DNA of 64,000 bases, from the sequence record OZ470804.1. One strand, written 5' to 3'. Shown piece by piece: positions 56,473 through 64,000 of this stretch. The notes beneath the pieces were generated by a model that was not told the origin of the DNA, made no database searches, and was given only the letters and a program-made list of their open reading frames with translations. The position numbers and the translations under genes were made by a program. The stretch comes from a phage. Position 1 is the first letter of the stretch; the number at the start of each line of letters is the position of its first letter.

Positions 56473-56630
56473 AAATTTTACTGTCACTTGGTAGTGTAGC
56501 AGTATTTGTCTACCTCCTTTGCAAGTACTTTGCAGAGCACAAAAAATGTGACTACTGTAATGGAGAGGGGTACATAATGGCAGGATGTTGCCCTATGTGT
56601 GGTGGTTCTGGTAAAATGTTTAATAAGTAA
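56454..56630 (+). CDS. small membrane-anchored zinc-ribbon protein (58 aa, absent from ORF track)
   Basis: GAGGTGA RBS before ATG; hydrophobic helix ILLSLGSVAVFVYLL then CDYCNGEG...CCPMCGG. Confidence 0.4.
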   Translation: MQAYWIEILLSLGSVAVFVYLLCKYFAEHKKCDYCNGEGYIMAGCCPMCGGSGKMFNK

Positions 56631-56658
56631 TTTAACAGTAAACTGAGAGGAAAGTATT

Positions 56659-59025
56659 ATGCGCATGGTAAACGACCACGCAGAAGTGATTAAGAGTTCA
56701 ACTTCTTTAGAGACGTCTCAAGCACAGATTACAATGACACCTGAAATGTTCAGCCTTTTGAGTTCTGGTGTATATACCTTTAAAGAAAGGGCAGTGATTC
56801 GTGAACTGTCATGTAACGCAGTAGATGCTCAGAAAGAAGCTGGAAAAGAGAATATCCCGTTCCATGTGCATTTACCTACTCGTTTTGAGCCTTACTTTGA
56901 AGTCCGTGATTTTGGAACTGGATTGACTCATGACAAAGTAATGAGTTTGTATCTGAACTATGGGGCTTCTACGAAGAATGACTCTAATGATTACATTGGT
57001 GCAATGGGTATCGGCTCAAAATCCCCATTTGCAATTGCTCAGTCATTCACAGTGTCTAGCTATGTTGATGGTGTTGTTAATAAGTACTCTGTTTACCTTG
57101 AGAATGGTATCCCTCAAGTAACTAAGCTGACTACCAACCCAACAAAGGAACCTAATGGCTTAGCTGTACGTGTAGCAGTTGCTGACCATCGTATCTCAAA
57201 ATTCTTTGAAGAAGCTGGTCACGTATACTCATACTTTTCTGTAAAACCAGAGAGTAATGTGGAGTATAATGATATATTAGCAGATATGGATGTGATTGCT
57301 CGTGAAGAAGGTGTCTATGATGCCATGACTCATAAGCATAGCTGGCGTTCAAGCAGCAATAGAACAGAGTTTAACGTGGTTATGGGCAATATTGCCTACC
57401 CAGTTAATATGGAGGCATTACTTGGTGATGATTTCTTCAAAGTATTACCAGAATTTTTCCGCAGGAGCATAGACCTTGTAAACATCTACATGCCTATTGG
57501 TTCAGTTGCTATTGCAGCTTCTCGTGAAGCATTGCAGATGAATGACACGACAAAAAATGTTATCATCGAGGCTACTAAAAAGATAACTGAAGCAATTACA
57601 AAGGATGTTATCAAGAAAGTTAATAGTCAACCTACACTCATGGATGCTGCACAGGCTTATGCTGAGTTACGCTTGAACTCACGAGAGATGTTTAATGTTG
57701 TGTGTCCAAAGCTAGAGTGGGGAGGTGTTAAGCTTGATTCTCTGGAAGAAGAATTACTAAACATTCGTCGTGGAATTATCTACGCAGAGGACGGCTCAGT
57801 CATCTATGAACGTGACGGCAAAGGTAATATTAAGGTTGACAGTAAAGGAAACAACATTCCTAAAGTGGACTACCTATACAATCCAGTTGCTTATGTTAAG
57901 TTCAACTCTTTAGAGAGTAAGATTCGTGCAACAGCACTTTCCTACACTCAAGAGGCGAGCATGTTCAATATCTTTGGTGCAATGCGTAAAAGCCAAATTG
58001 AACAGTTTTTGTTCGTGATTAATGACCGTCGCAATAAAAACGGTACTGAAAAGACTGTAGGCCGCAATCAGATTCTGCGTGGTGCATGTCGAGACTACGC
58101 CAGTGAGTCAAGTCTGTTTCACAGATATAATGGTATTGTGTTTGTATTCTCGACTGAAAAAGAGTTAGACGACCTAATCAATCTACACAAACTTGATAAA
58201 AGCTTGTTAAAGATTGTGAAGATGTCTGATAAGGAACATCACTATCAGCGTAAAGAAGCTGTAAGGGGTGTTGTAAAACTCTGGAAAGCTGTTCCAGCAG
58301 AAGGTGTAGCTTCCTATAAAGAGGTTTCAGAGGACTTCGATACAATTGAAGAACCTCAGCTTTACATTAAGGCAGTTGGTGATACAGTTGATGGCGAATG
58401 TTTTTGCTCATCTCCAGAAGATGTAGCCAAGTCAGTTGCTAATGTTACAGGGAAGACAGTCTATGTTTTCCGAAAAGCAAATTGGAAAAAGATACCAGAA
58501 GACTGGATTGAAGTAGATGAGAAGCTCTTGAACGACAGCTTAACTGATGTTCACTGGATTAATCATAACAGGTATATGACACGTATCTATATGAATGGTG
58601 TTCTTGACCTTACAAGCAGTTGGATTATCGCCAGAAACTTTACATTCAATAACAGGAAGATTTCTCGTGGTTATTGCTATTCACGAGATACTAACAAAAC
58701 TATCTTCCTAGAAGGCAATGAAGATGCTGTAGAGGCAATGTTCGGTAAAATCCAATACGTTGCTGCACCATTTGCATACACTTATACTGTTAGTGTATTG
58801 AAAACTTTGAAAGACTGTCTTGACAATGATACAAAGCTTTACAAGAAAATTAAGAAAGCTGGTGACCGCATGGTCATTAAGGTGACAAACTACCTTTCAA
58901 AAAGAAAACAAGAAAACTTCTTGCTTTCTCATTTAGATTGGAATAAAGTGTCACCTATCGAAGTGAGTAAGTTCTTAGGCTTTGATGTGAAGTGTGTTCC
59001 AGAAGGGACTACAATTTACGATTAA
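56659..59025 (+). CDS. rIIA: rIIA-like protein with N-terminal GHKL/HATPase-type domain
   Basis: N-box-like RELSCNAVDA, G1-like DFGTGLT, G2-like GAMGIGSKSPF; 788 aa; followed by a second large gene as in rIIA-rIIB pairs. Confidence 0.5.
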   Translation: MRMVNDHAEVIKSSTSLETSQAQITMTPEMFSLLSSGVYTFKERAVIRELSCNAVDAQKEAGKENIPFHVHLPTRFEPYFEVRDFGTGLTHDKVMSLYLNYGASTKNDSNDYIGAMGIGSKSPFAIAQSFTVSSYVDGVVNKYSVYLENGIPQVTKLTTNPTKEPNGLAVRVAVADHRISKFFEEAGHVYSYFSVKPESNVEYNDILADMDVIAREEGVYDAMTHKHSWRSSSNRTEFNVVMGNIAYPVNMEALLGDDFFKVLPEFFRRSIDLVNIYMPIGSVAIAASREALQMNDTTKNVIIEATKKITEAITKDVIKKVNSQPTLMDAAQAYAELRLNSREMFNVVCPKLEWGGVKLDSLEEELLNIRRGIIYAEDGSVIYERDGKGNIKVDSKGNNIPKVDYLYNPVAYVKFNSLESKIRATALSYTQEASMFNIFGAMRKSQIEQFLFVINDRRNKNGTEKTVGRNQILRGACRDYASESSLFHRYNGIVFVFSTEKELDDLINLHKLDKSLLKIVKMSDKEHHYQRKEAVRGVVKLWKAVPAEGVASYKEVSEDFDTIEEPQLYIKAVGDTVDGECFCSSPEDVAKSVANVTGKTVYVFRKANWKKIPEDWIEVDEKLLNDSLTDVHWINHNRYMTRIYMNGVLDLTSSWIIARNFTFNNRKISRGYCYSRDTNKTIFLEGNEDAVEAMFGKIQYVAAPFAYTYTVSVLKTLKDCLDNDTKLYKKIKKAGDRMVIKVTNYLSKRKQENFLLSHLDWNKVSPIEVSKFLGFDVKCVPEGTTIYD

Positions 59026-59030
59026 AGTGT

Positions 59031-59060
59031 TTGACAAGGGGCTTCAAAACCCCTTAGAAT
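59031..59060 (+). promoter_or_regulatory. sigma70-like promoter TTGACA-N18-TAGAAT
   Basis: TTGACA 59031-59036, spacer containing GGGGCTTCAAAACCCC hairpin, TAGAAT 59055-59060. Confidence 0.4.
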
Positions 59061-59104
59061 AGCATCACAAAATGATTTATTAACTAACAAGAGAGAGTAA
59101 TAAG

Positions 59105-60214
59105 ATGACTACCAAAACTAAAGCACAGATTGACGCAGAAATTTACAAACTGGTTAAAGAAGGTAAGTTGACTAAAACAGCTATTGCACAGAAATTTAAT
59201 ACTTCAACCCGTTCAGTCGGTCGTGCTGTAGAGCGTCATGAAGCAACCTTAAAAGGGAATAAGAAGGCAACTTCTACACCAGCTACGAAGACTTTGAAGC
59301 AAGTTGCTAAGACCTTTAAAAAGAAAGCTGACAAACCAGTTGAAAAGGTTGTTAAAGATGCTGTACAGAAAGCTCCGGTAAATAAACTGCATGAAGCTAT
59401 GCAGAAAGATGACAAGATTGAGTACATGATTACTGGTGACTCTGTAATTATGACTTATGGTTCAGAATCTGAAATTGTTGAGTCTACTCATCCGAACTAT
59501 CAAGAGATTGTAGTTCATGTTGTGAAAGGTGAGTTCAAAAAAGCCTTTGAATTGATGAACATTCGTAAGTCTATCGAAAACTTCACTCAGGGCGCTATCA
59601 CAATCAAAGGTGACAAGTTATTCTACGGTGCTGTTGAGATGCGTTCTACTCTGGTTGACCGTATTCTTCACATGATGAAGACTGGAGATAAAGGTTTCGA
59701 ACGCCTTGTGATGTTCTTCGAAAAACTGATGGAAAACCCATCTAAAGACTCTGTAGAACAACTTTGGGGCTTCGTATCTCACCTTGATGTTGAAATTGAT
59801 GAAGAAGGCTACATCATTGGTTGGAAGAAAGTATCTACTCGTGAAGGCAAGCTGGTTGACTCCCACACCTACAGAGTACCTAATGATTTGGGTAACATTG
59901 TAGAAATGCCACGTTGGATGGTTGATAATAACCGTAACGTGACTTGCTCTCAAGGTCTTCATGTTGGTGCTTGGGATTATGTTCGTTGCTTCTCAGGTGA
60001 TACAATTCTGAAGGTTCGTGTCCATCCACGAGACGTTGTATCCGTACCAACTGATTACAACGATATGAAGATGCGCTCGTCTCGTTATGAAGTTACAGCA
60101 ATCGTTGATAATCAACGTAAAGTACTGAAAGCATGGGATGGCAAGACTGAAGCTTTGCATGTCATCGTTGGCACTGCTGGGGAACTTATCTCTCAGCGTA
60201 AACGTGAAATCTAA
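59105..60214 (+). CDS. rIIB: rIIB-like protein (candidate)
   Basis: 369-aa ORF immediately downstream of rIIA-like gene; N-terminal HTH-like segment; adjacency only. Confidence 0.3.
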   Translation: MTTKTKAQIDAEIYKLVKEGKLTKTAIAQKFNTSTRSVGRAVERHEATLKGNKKATSTPATKTLKQVAKTFKKKADKPVEKVVKDAVQKAPVNKLHEAMQKDDKIEYMITGDSVIMTYGSESEIVESTHPNYQEIVVHVVKGEFKKAFELMNIRKSIENFTQGAITIKGDKLFYGAVEMRSTLVDRILHMMKTGDKGFERLVMFFEKLMENPSKDSVEQLWGFVSHLDVEIDEEGYIIGWKKVSTREGKLVDSHTYRVPNDLGNIVEMPRWMVDNNRNVTCSQGLHVGAWDYVRCFSGDTILKVRVHPRDVVSVPTDYNDMKMRSSRYEVTAIVDNQRKVLKAWDGKTEALHVIVGTAGELISQRKREI

Positions 60215-60231
60215 TAAGTAATTTCTTAAAA

Positions 60232-60254
60232 GGCTGCTTCGGCGGCCTTTTTTA
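60232..60254 (+). terminator. rho-independent terminator
   Basis: GGCTGC-TTCG-GCGGCC hairpin followed by TTTTTTATTT. Confidence 0.65.
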
Positions 60255-60314
60255 TTTGTATTTTGTGCAGAGTGCTGTATAATTGTTTTCACGATAAACT
60301 AAACAGGAGAACCA

Positions 60315-60863
60315 ATGAAGAAATTGATTCTAGGTTTGTGCTTAATGTTTACAGCACACTTATCTTATGCAGTTGACTGCCCAGAGCTATCAATTAGCCA
60401 AAAAGTAAACATGTTAAAAGCTTACCAGTATGGTGAGAATAACATGGGTAAAGGTTGGGGTATCACTCTAGCTGCTATAGCCTTACAAGAGTCAGAGTTA
60501 GGTCTGAAGGTAGAGAATAAAAAGACCCATGACTATGGTATCTTCCAGAATCACTTGAAGACTGTTGTAAAGCGTAACAAAATTAGTCCTAATGTGGCTA
60601 AAAAGAAACTCTTAAAAGACTTTGACTATGCTGCGAAGGAAACTCACAAAGAGCTTGAGTTTTGGACAAAGGTGCATGGTCAGCCAAAGTCAAAGAAGAC
60701 TTTACAAAAAGTTTTAGCATCATATAATGCTGGGTATTCGTACAGAATCCCTAAAGCTAAGAAATATTCTCAAGATGTCTATAACAACATGAAAGTTATT
60801 GCTCAATGTGAATTTGCAACAAACATTTCTAAGGTAAACCATGAAAAAATTAAAAAAGTCTGA
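60315..60863 (+). CDS. lytic transglycosylase (SLT domain) with signal peptide; candidate endolysin
   Basis: Signal peptide MKKLILGLCLMFTAHLSYA; SLT motifs AIALQES, GIFQ and YNAG; TATAAT hexamer 25-30 nt upstream. Confidence 0.6.
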   Translation: MKKLILGLCLMFTAHLSYAVDCPELSISQKVNMLKAYQYGENNMGKGWGITLAAIALQESELGLKVENKKTHDYGIFQNHLKTVVKRNKISPNVAKKKLLKDFDYAAKETHKELEFWTKVHGQPKSKKTLQKVLASYNAGYSYRIPKAKKYSQDVYNNMKVIAQCEFATNISKVNHEKIKKV

Positions 60864-61536
60864 TGAAGTACTGTGTCATGCTTACGACTTACATCCTCAT
60901 GAGTTAGGTCTTGATTCCTGTGTATGGACTCCAGAACAGTGTAGGGATTTTGAAGACACTGCAAGAGAAGTTGTATGTTCACTCGAAGAGTTCCACACAT
61001 CAGAACCAATTGTGAATGTTGTAGATAAAGAGACTGGACAAACTATAGGTGTAAGTCGTGATAGCTTAGTCATAGTCAATAAAGACCTTGTAGAAAAAGG
61101 GAATCTCATCTTAGCAGATATTGATGGTGTTCTTACAAATTTTAATCACGAAGATTGTTCAACGGAATTGACTGACGGTTCATTCTCGCAGTACACTAAT
61201 CTTCTTGACTCTGTAAGAGCAAAACCAACGTATGTTTTCAATATCATTGATGCAATTGCTAATCATGCTGCTGTTGGACTCTTGACAGCGAGAGGTGAAT
61301 CTCAGAGAATACCTACTGAGATGTTTTTAAGGCATAACACAGAGCATGACTACATGCTTTTTATGCGTGGTTTTGGGACTAACTCTATAAGCGCAGAAAG
61401 TTTGAAAGTGAGGATGATTCAGTCTTGCATTCTGCCTTACTTTAATATAGTATGTTTTATAGAAGACACAGAGAAGAATGTGCAGAAGGTGAACAGAATC
61501 CTTCCACACATTAAAACCATGTTAGTTAAACATTGA
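60841..61536 (+). CDS. HAD-like hydrolase (candidate nucleotidase/phosphatase)
   Basis: LADIDGVLT resembles HAD motif I (DxDGT/V). Confidence 0.3.
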   Translation: MKKLKKSDEVLCHAYDLHPHELGLDSCVWTPEQCRDFEDTAREVVCSLEEFHTSEPIVNVVDKETGQTIGVSRDSLVIVNKDLVEKGNLILADIDGVLTNFNHEDCSTELTDGSFSQYTNLLDSVRAKPTYVFNIIDAIANHAAVGLLTARGESQRIPTEMFLRHNTEHDYMLFMRGFGTNSISAESLKVRMIQSCILPYFNIVCFIEDTEKNVQKVNRILPHIKTMLVKH

Positions 61537-61546
61537 GAGAAAACTT

Positions 61547-62011
61547 ATGAACAATATCATTACGGTAGCACTGGACGATACGGTAAACAAATCTGCAATA
61601 GTTCGTAAAATGATTCAAGGTAACTTTGAAGGTAAAATTTTTCGTGCTGTTAATGTAAAAGCTGATGGCAGCATTCGTGAATATCGTGCATTATTGAATG
61701 TTAAAAAACACGTAAAAGGTGCTGGTTCAACGACTGCACACAAAGAAAACCTGATGACTATCTATGATATGGGTAAGGCTTCAGAGTTAGGTGCTGAAGG
61801 TATCGTTAAAGAAGGTGCTCCGTATCGCTCTTTCAATCTGGAAACTACTCTTATGCTTTCCTTTACAAGTGGTTCTAAAACAATCACTTATCTCTTTACT
61901 GATGCTGCAACGGTATCTGCTATTAAGGATAGCACTGTCAAAGCTGGCGTAGTTGCTGCTGCAAAAGCTTCTTCGATGGCTGCGAATATCCTTGCTAAAG
62001 TCCTCGGTTAA
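61547..62011 (+). CDS. hypothetical protein
   Basis: 154-aa ORF followed by terminator. Confidence 0.4.
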   Translation: MNNIITVALDDTVNKSAIVRKMIQGNFEGKIFRAVNVKADGSIREYRALLNVKKHVKGAGSTTAHKENLMTIYDMGKASELGAEGIVKEGAPYRSFNLETTLMLSFTSGSKTITYLFTDAATVSAIKDSTVKAGVVAAAKASSMAANILAKVLG

Positions 62012-62023
62012 GGTTAAGATACA

Positions 62024-62044
62024 GGCTCCTTCGGGAGCCTTTTT
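62024..62044 (+). terminator. rho-independent terminator
   Basis: GGCTCC-TTCG-GGAGCC hairpin followed by TTTTT. Confidence 0.65.
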
Positions 62045-62063
62045 CATTTTAGGAGATTGTTAA

Positions 62064-62411
62064 ATGACATTTAAAGAGTTCTGTCAAGCTACTTTCATAA
62101 TTGTTTTCTTAGTTGGTGCAGGTGTCTGGGGAGGATACTCTTACAGAGACTACCAAGTTGCTGAAACTGAGCTAAATAATGAGAAGCTGATAAGTGTTGC
62201 TAAAGATGCTTATCAGGAAGGATTAGTCACACTGAGCACCAATTACAAAAATGATTTGAAAGATGTGCTTGCTAAGAATAAGCATACAAAAGAGGTACTA
62301 ACATATGAAAAAACTAAGCCAGAGTTTTATAATGTTTGTGTTACTGATAACTATGTCAGGGTGTTCAACGAACAAAGTGAGCAGTACATTCAAAAACTCC
62401 CAAGTAAGTGA
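62064..62411 (+). CDS. i-spanin-like protein (Rz-like)
   Basis: N-terminal TM helix FIIVFLVGAGVWGGY then soluble helical domain; overlapped by a lipoprotein ORF. Confidence 0.4.
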   Translation: MTFKEFCQATFIIVFLVGAGVWGGYSYRDYQVAETELNNEKLISVAKDAYQEGLVTLSTNYKNDLKDVLAKNKHTKEVLTYEKTKPEFYNVCVTDNYVRVFNEQSEQYIQKLPSK

Positions 62412-62574
62412 GAGTGATAAGTACACTCAAGAAGAATCACGGTATATCATCAAAGGTAACACAGGCAGTGATGTAGCAGCAGCCCTTGAGTTCTATCGTG
62501 ACGGCTTTTACCAGTGCACAATCAAAGCTAACAACCTTATTGACATGATTTTATTAGGGAATAAGCAGCAATGA
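62305..62574 (+). CDS. o-spanin-like lipoprotein (Rz1-like)
   Basis: Lipoprotein signal MKKLSQSFIMFVLLITMSGC; ORF begins inside 3' part of upstream gene in another frame. Confidence 0.4.
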   Translation: MKKLSQSFIMFVLLITMSGCSTNKVSSTFKNSQVSESDKYTQEESRYIIKGNTGSDVAAALEFYRDGFYQCTIKANNLIDMILLGNKQQ

Positions 62575-62840
62575 CAGAGAATCAAGACACTTTCTATGTA
62601 GAAGGTTACTTACTGTTGCCACGACCAAAAGAAACTTATATGCGAATTGATTTCTTACCAACCATTATGGATAATGTGATGTGCCATATCTTTATGCAAG
62701 GTGTCACAGCACAGCTTAAGCATGTTGGTAAAGAGTGCAAAATAAAGGTTGACACTCATCCAGAAATCAAAGAGAATCACTACACATGGTTCTTACCAGA
62801 CTCTAAAGAAATCTTAGCAGTTCTTAAAACGAGGAAGTAA
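62571..62840 (+). CDS. hypothetical protein
   Basis: 89-aa ORF. Confidence 0.3.
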   Translation: MTENQDTFYVEGYLLLPRPKETYMRIDFLPTIMDNVMCHIFMQGVTAQLKHVGKECKIKVDTHPEIKENHYTWFLPDSKEILAVLKTRK

Positions 62841-62842
62841 CT

Positions 62843-63166
62843 ATGCAGATTAATGGAAGAGACTTTGTAGCCGTTTACTACGAGAAAGGTAAAGAAGTTG
62901 GCGTAGCACAAGTATCTTATGGCAATGGTAAGTGGCTATATGGAACAATCGCAGTAGTAGGCACAAGAAGTGATACAAAAACTTTTAAAGATTGTGTTGA
63001 ACTTCTTGAAGAATCCATTCAGAACCATTGGTGTCTGATATGGATGACTGACAACGAAGTGATAGAACGTTTCAAAAAGATTGACATCAACATTGACAGT
63101 ATTGAGCATGTTGATTTATATGAGCTAACTGAGAAGGTAAACTATGAAAGCTCTAGAGGTAATTGA
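62843..63166 (+). CDS. hypothetical protein
   Basis: 107-aa ORF. Confidence 0.3.
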   Translation: MQINGRDFVAVYYEKGKEVGVAQVSYGNGKWLYGTIAVVGTRSDTKTFKDCVELLEESIQNHWCLIWMTDNEVIERFKKIDINIDSIEHVDLYELTEKVNYESSRGN

Positions 63167-63371
63167 TAAAGACACTGGAGAAGTTACATCAGCATGTGTT
63201 TTCGTTAGTAACGACACAGTGATACCATTTTACAATCTCGATAGTTTTAGTTTTACAGGGACAACTCCAGAGGAATACTTTGAAGACCTCACCTTTGCCA
63301 GAATCTCTATAGATACATTCTATAAATGCTTCTATGATGAAGGTAAAGAATTACGAGAAACCGAACTATAA
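63144..63371 (+). CDS. hypothetical protein
   Basis: 75-aa ORF. Confidence 0.3.
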   Translation: MKALEVIDKDTGEVTSACVFVSNDTVIPFYNLDSFSFTGTTPEEYFEDLTFARISIDTFYKCFYDEGKELRETEL

Positions 63372-63383
63372 GGTGTATATTAT

Positions 63384-63584
63384 ATGGCTGACTTCTGCAA
63401 AGACTGTTCTATCGAAATGTTTGGACGTGATACAGGTGACTTAAAAGGTCTTATCACTGAAGATGACTTTAAAGCTGGCTATGCAATGCCAGTAATCTGT
63501 GAAGGCTGTGGGTGCATCTGGGTAGACCATGAAGGGCAACGTGTAAAACCTTCAGAAGATAAAGAATCTTGGGAGAGATGTTAA
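63384..63584 (+). CDS. zinc-ribbon protein
   Basis: 66 aa with CKDC ... CEGCGC. Confidence 0.35.
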   Translation: MADFCKDCSIEMFGRDTGDLKGLITEDDFKAGYAMPVICEGCGCIWVDHEGQRVKPSEDKESWERC

Positions 63585-64000
63585 ATGGGTATTGTAAAAA
63601 TCATCAAAGGCGATATCTTTGACGCCTTTGATAAAGGTAAGTTTGATATCATTGGGCATGGTTGCAACTGTATGAATTTCATGGGTGCAGGTATTGCAGC
63701 AACTATTTCTAAGCGTTATCCAAAAGTGTATGATACTGACACAGAAGTTTACCTGTTTGCAGGTGGCATCCGTCACAAACCCTGTGAGAATTTACTAGGT
63801 AATTTCTCTGTAGCACGCTTAAAACAAGGTCGTATAGCTAACCTTTACACCCAACTTCATACTGGTAAAGATGCCCGATACAGTGCTTTAGAGTCATCTT
63901 TGAAACAACTTAACAGATACTGTGAAGTTAACCAGTTGAAGAAAGTCGGTCTGCCTATGATTGGTGCAGGTATCGGTGGACTTGACCCTCAAGCTGTCAC
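63585..64000 (+). CDS. macro domain protein (ADP-ribose binding/processing; 3' end outside window)
   Basis: ATG at 63585 overlapping upstream stop; frame open to window end (absent from track); IIKGDIFDA...DIIGHGCNCMNFMGAGIAATI and VGLPMIGAGIGGL match macro-domain motifs. Confidence 0.75.
   Translation, partial: MGIVKIIKGDIFDAFDKGKFDIIGHGCNCMNFMGAGIAATISKRYPKVYDTDTEVYLFAGGIRHKPCENLLGNFSVARLKQGRIANLYTQLHTGKDARYSALESSLKQLNRYCEVNQLKKVGLPMIGAGIGGLDPQAV

Noticed and set aside
56484-56666. 60-aa - strand ORF between 56137-56472 and the rIIA-like gene
   Set aside because: The same interval encodes a + strand 58-aa TM/zinc-ribbon ORF with a strong RBS in the operon direction; the - strand ORF is its shadow

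Overview
This 64-kb window is a contiguous piece of a virulent tailed dsDNA phage genome; no integrase, tRNA or CRISPR was recognised. Positions 2-22833 (+ strand) hold a late structural operon: large terminase, portal, S49 prohead protease/scaffold, decoration-like protein, major capsid protein, connector proteins, a contractile-tail set (sheath, tube, chaperone pair with a -1 frameshift site, tape measure, baseplate proteins) and two paralogous tail fibres with His-x-His repeats. Positions 23518-34615 (- strand) hold thymidylate synthase, DHFR, small proteins, a repeat-flanked two-gene cassette, a ligase, an HNH-AP2 endonuclease and a family A DNA polymerase. Positions 34873-64000 (+ strand) hold replication and nucleotide-metabolism genes (dNMP kinase, primase-helicase, SSB-like, FEN/RNase H, homing endonucleases, NrdA/NrdB/glutaredoxin, NrdD/NrdG), then a PRPP-synthetase-like plus NAMPT-like pair, an rIIA/rIIB-like pair, a lytic transglycosylase, a spanin pair and a partial macro-domain gene. 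The gene content resembles Felix O1-like myoviruses, but that is inference from memory, not a search result. The most interesting candidates are the PRPS-like/NAMPT-like pair (possible NAD+ reconstitution counter-defence module), the macro-domain protein, and the repeat-flanked cassette at 27.0-28.9 kb. All calls rest on motifs read from the supplied translations and on synteny; no database search was run.
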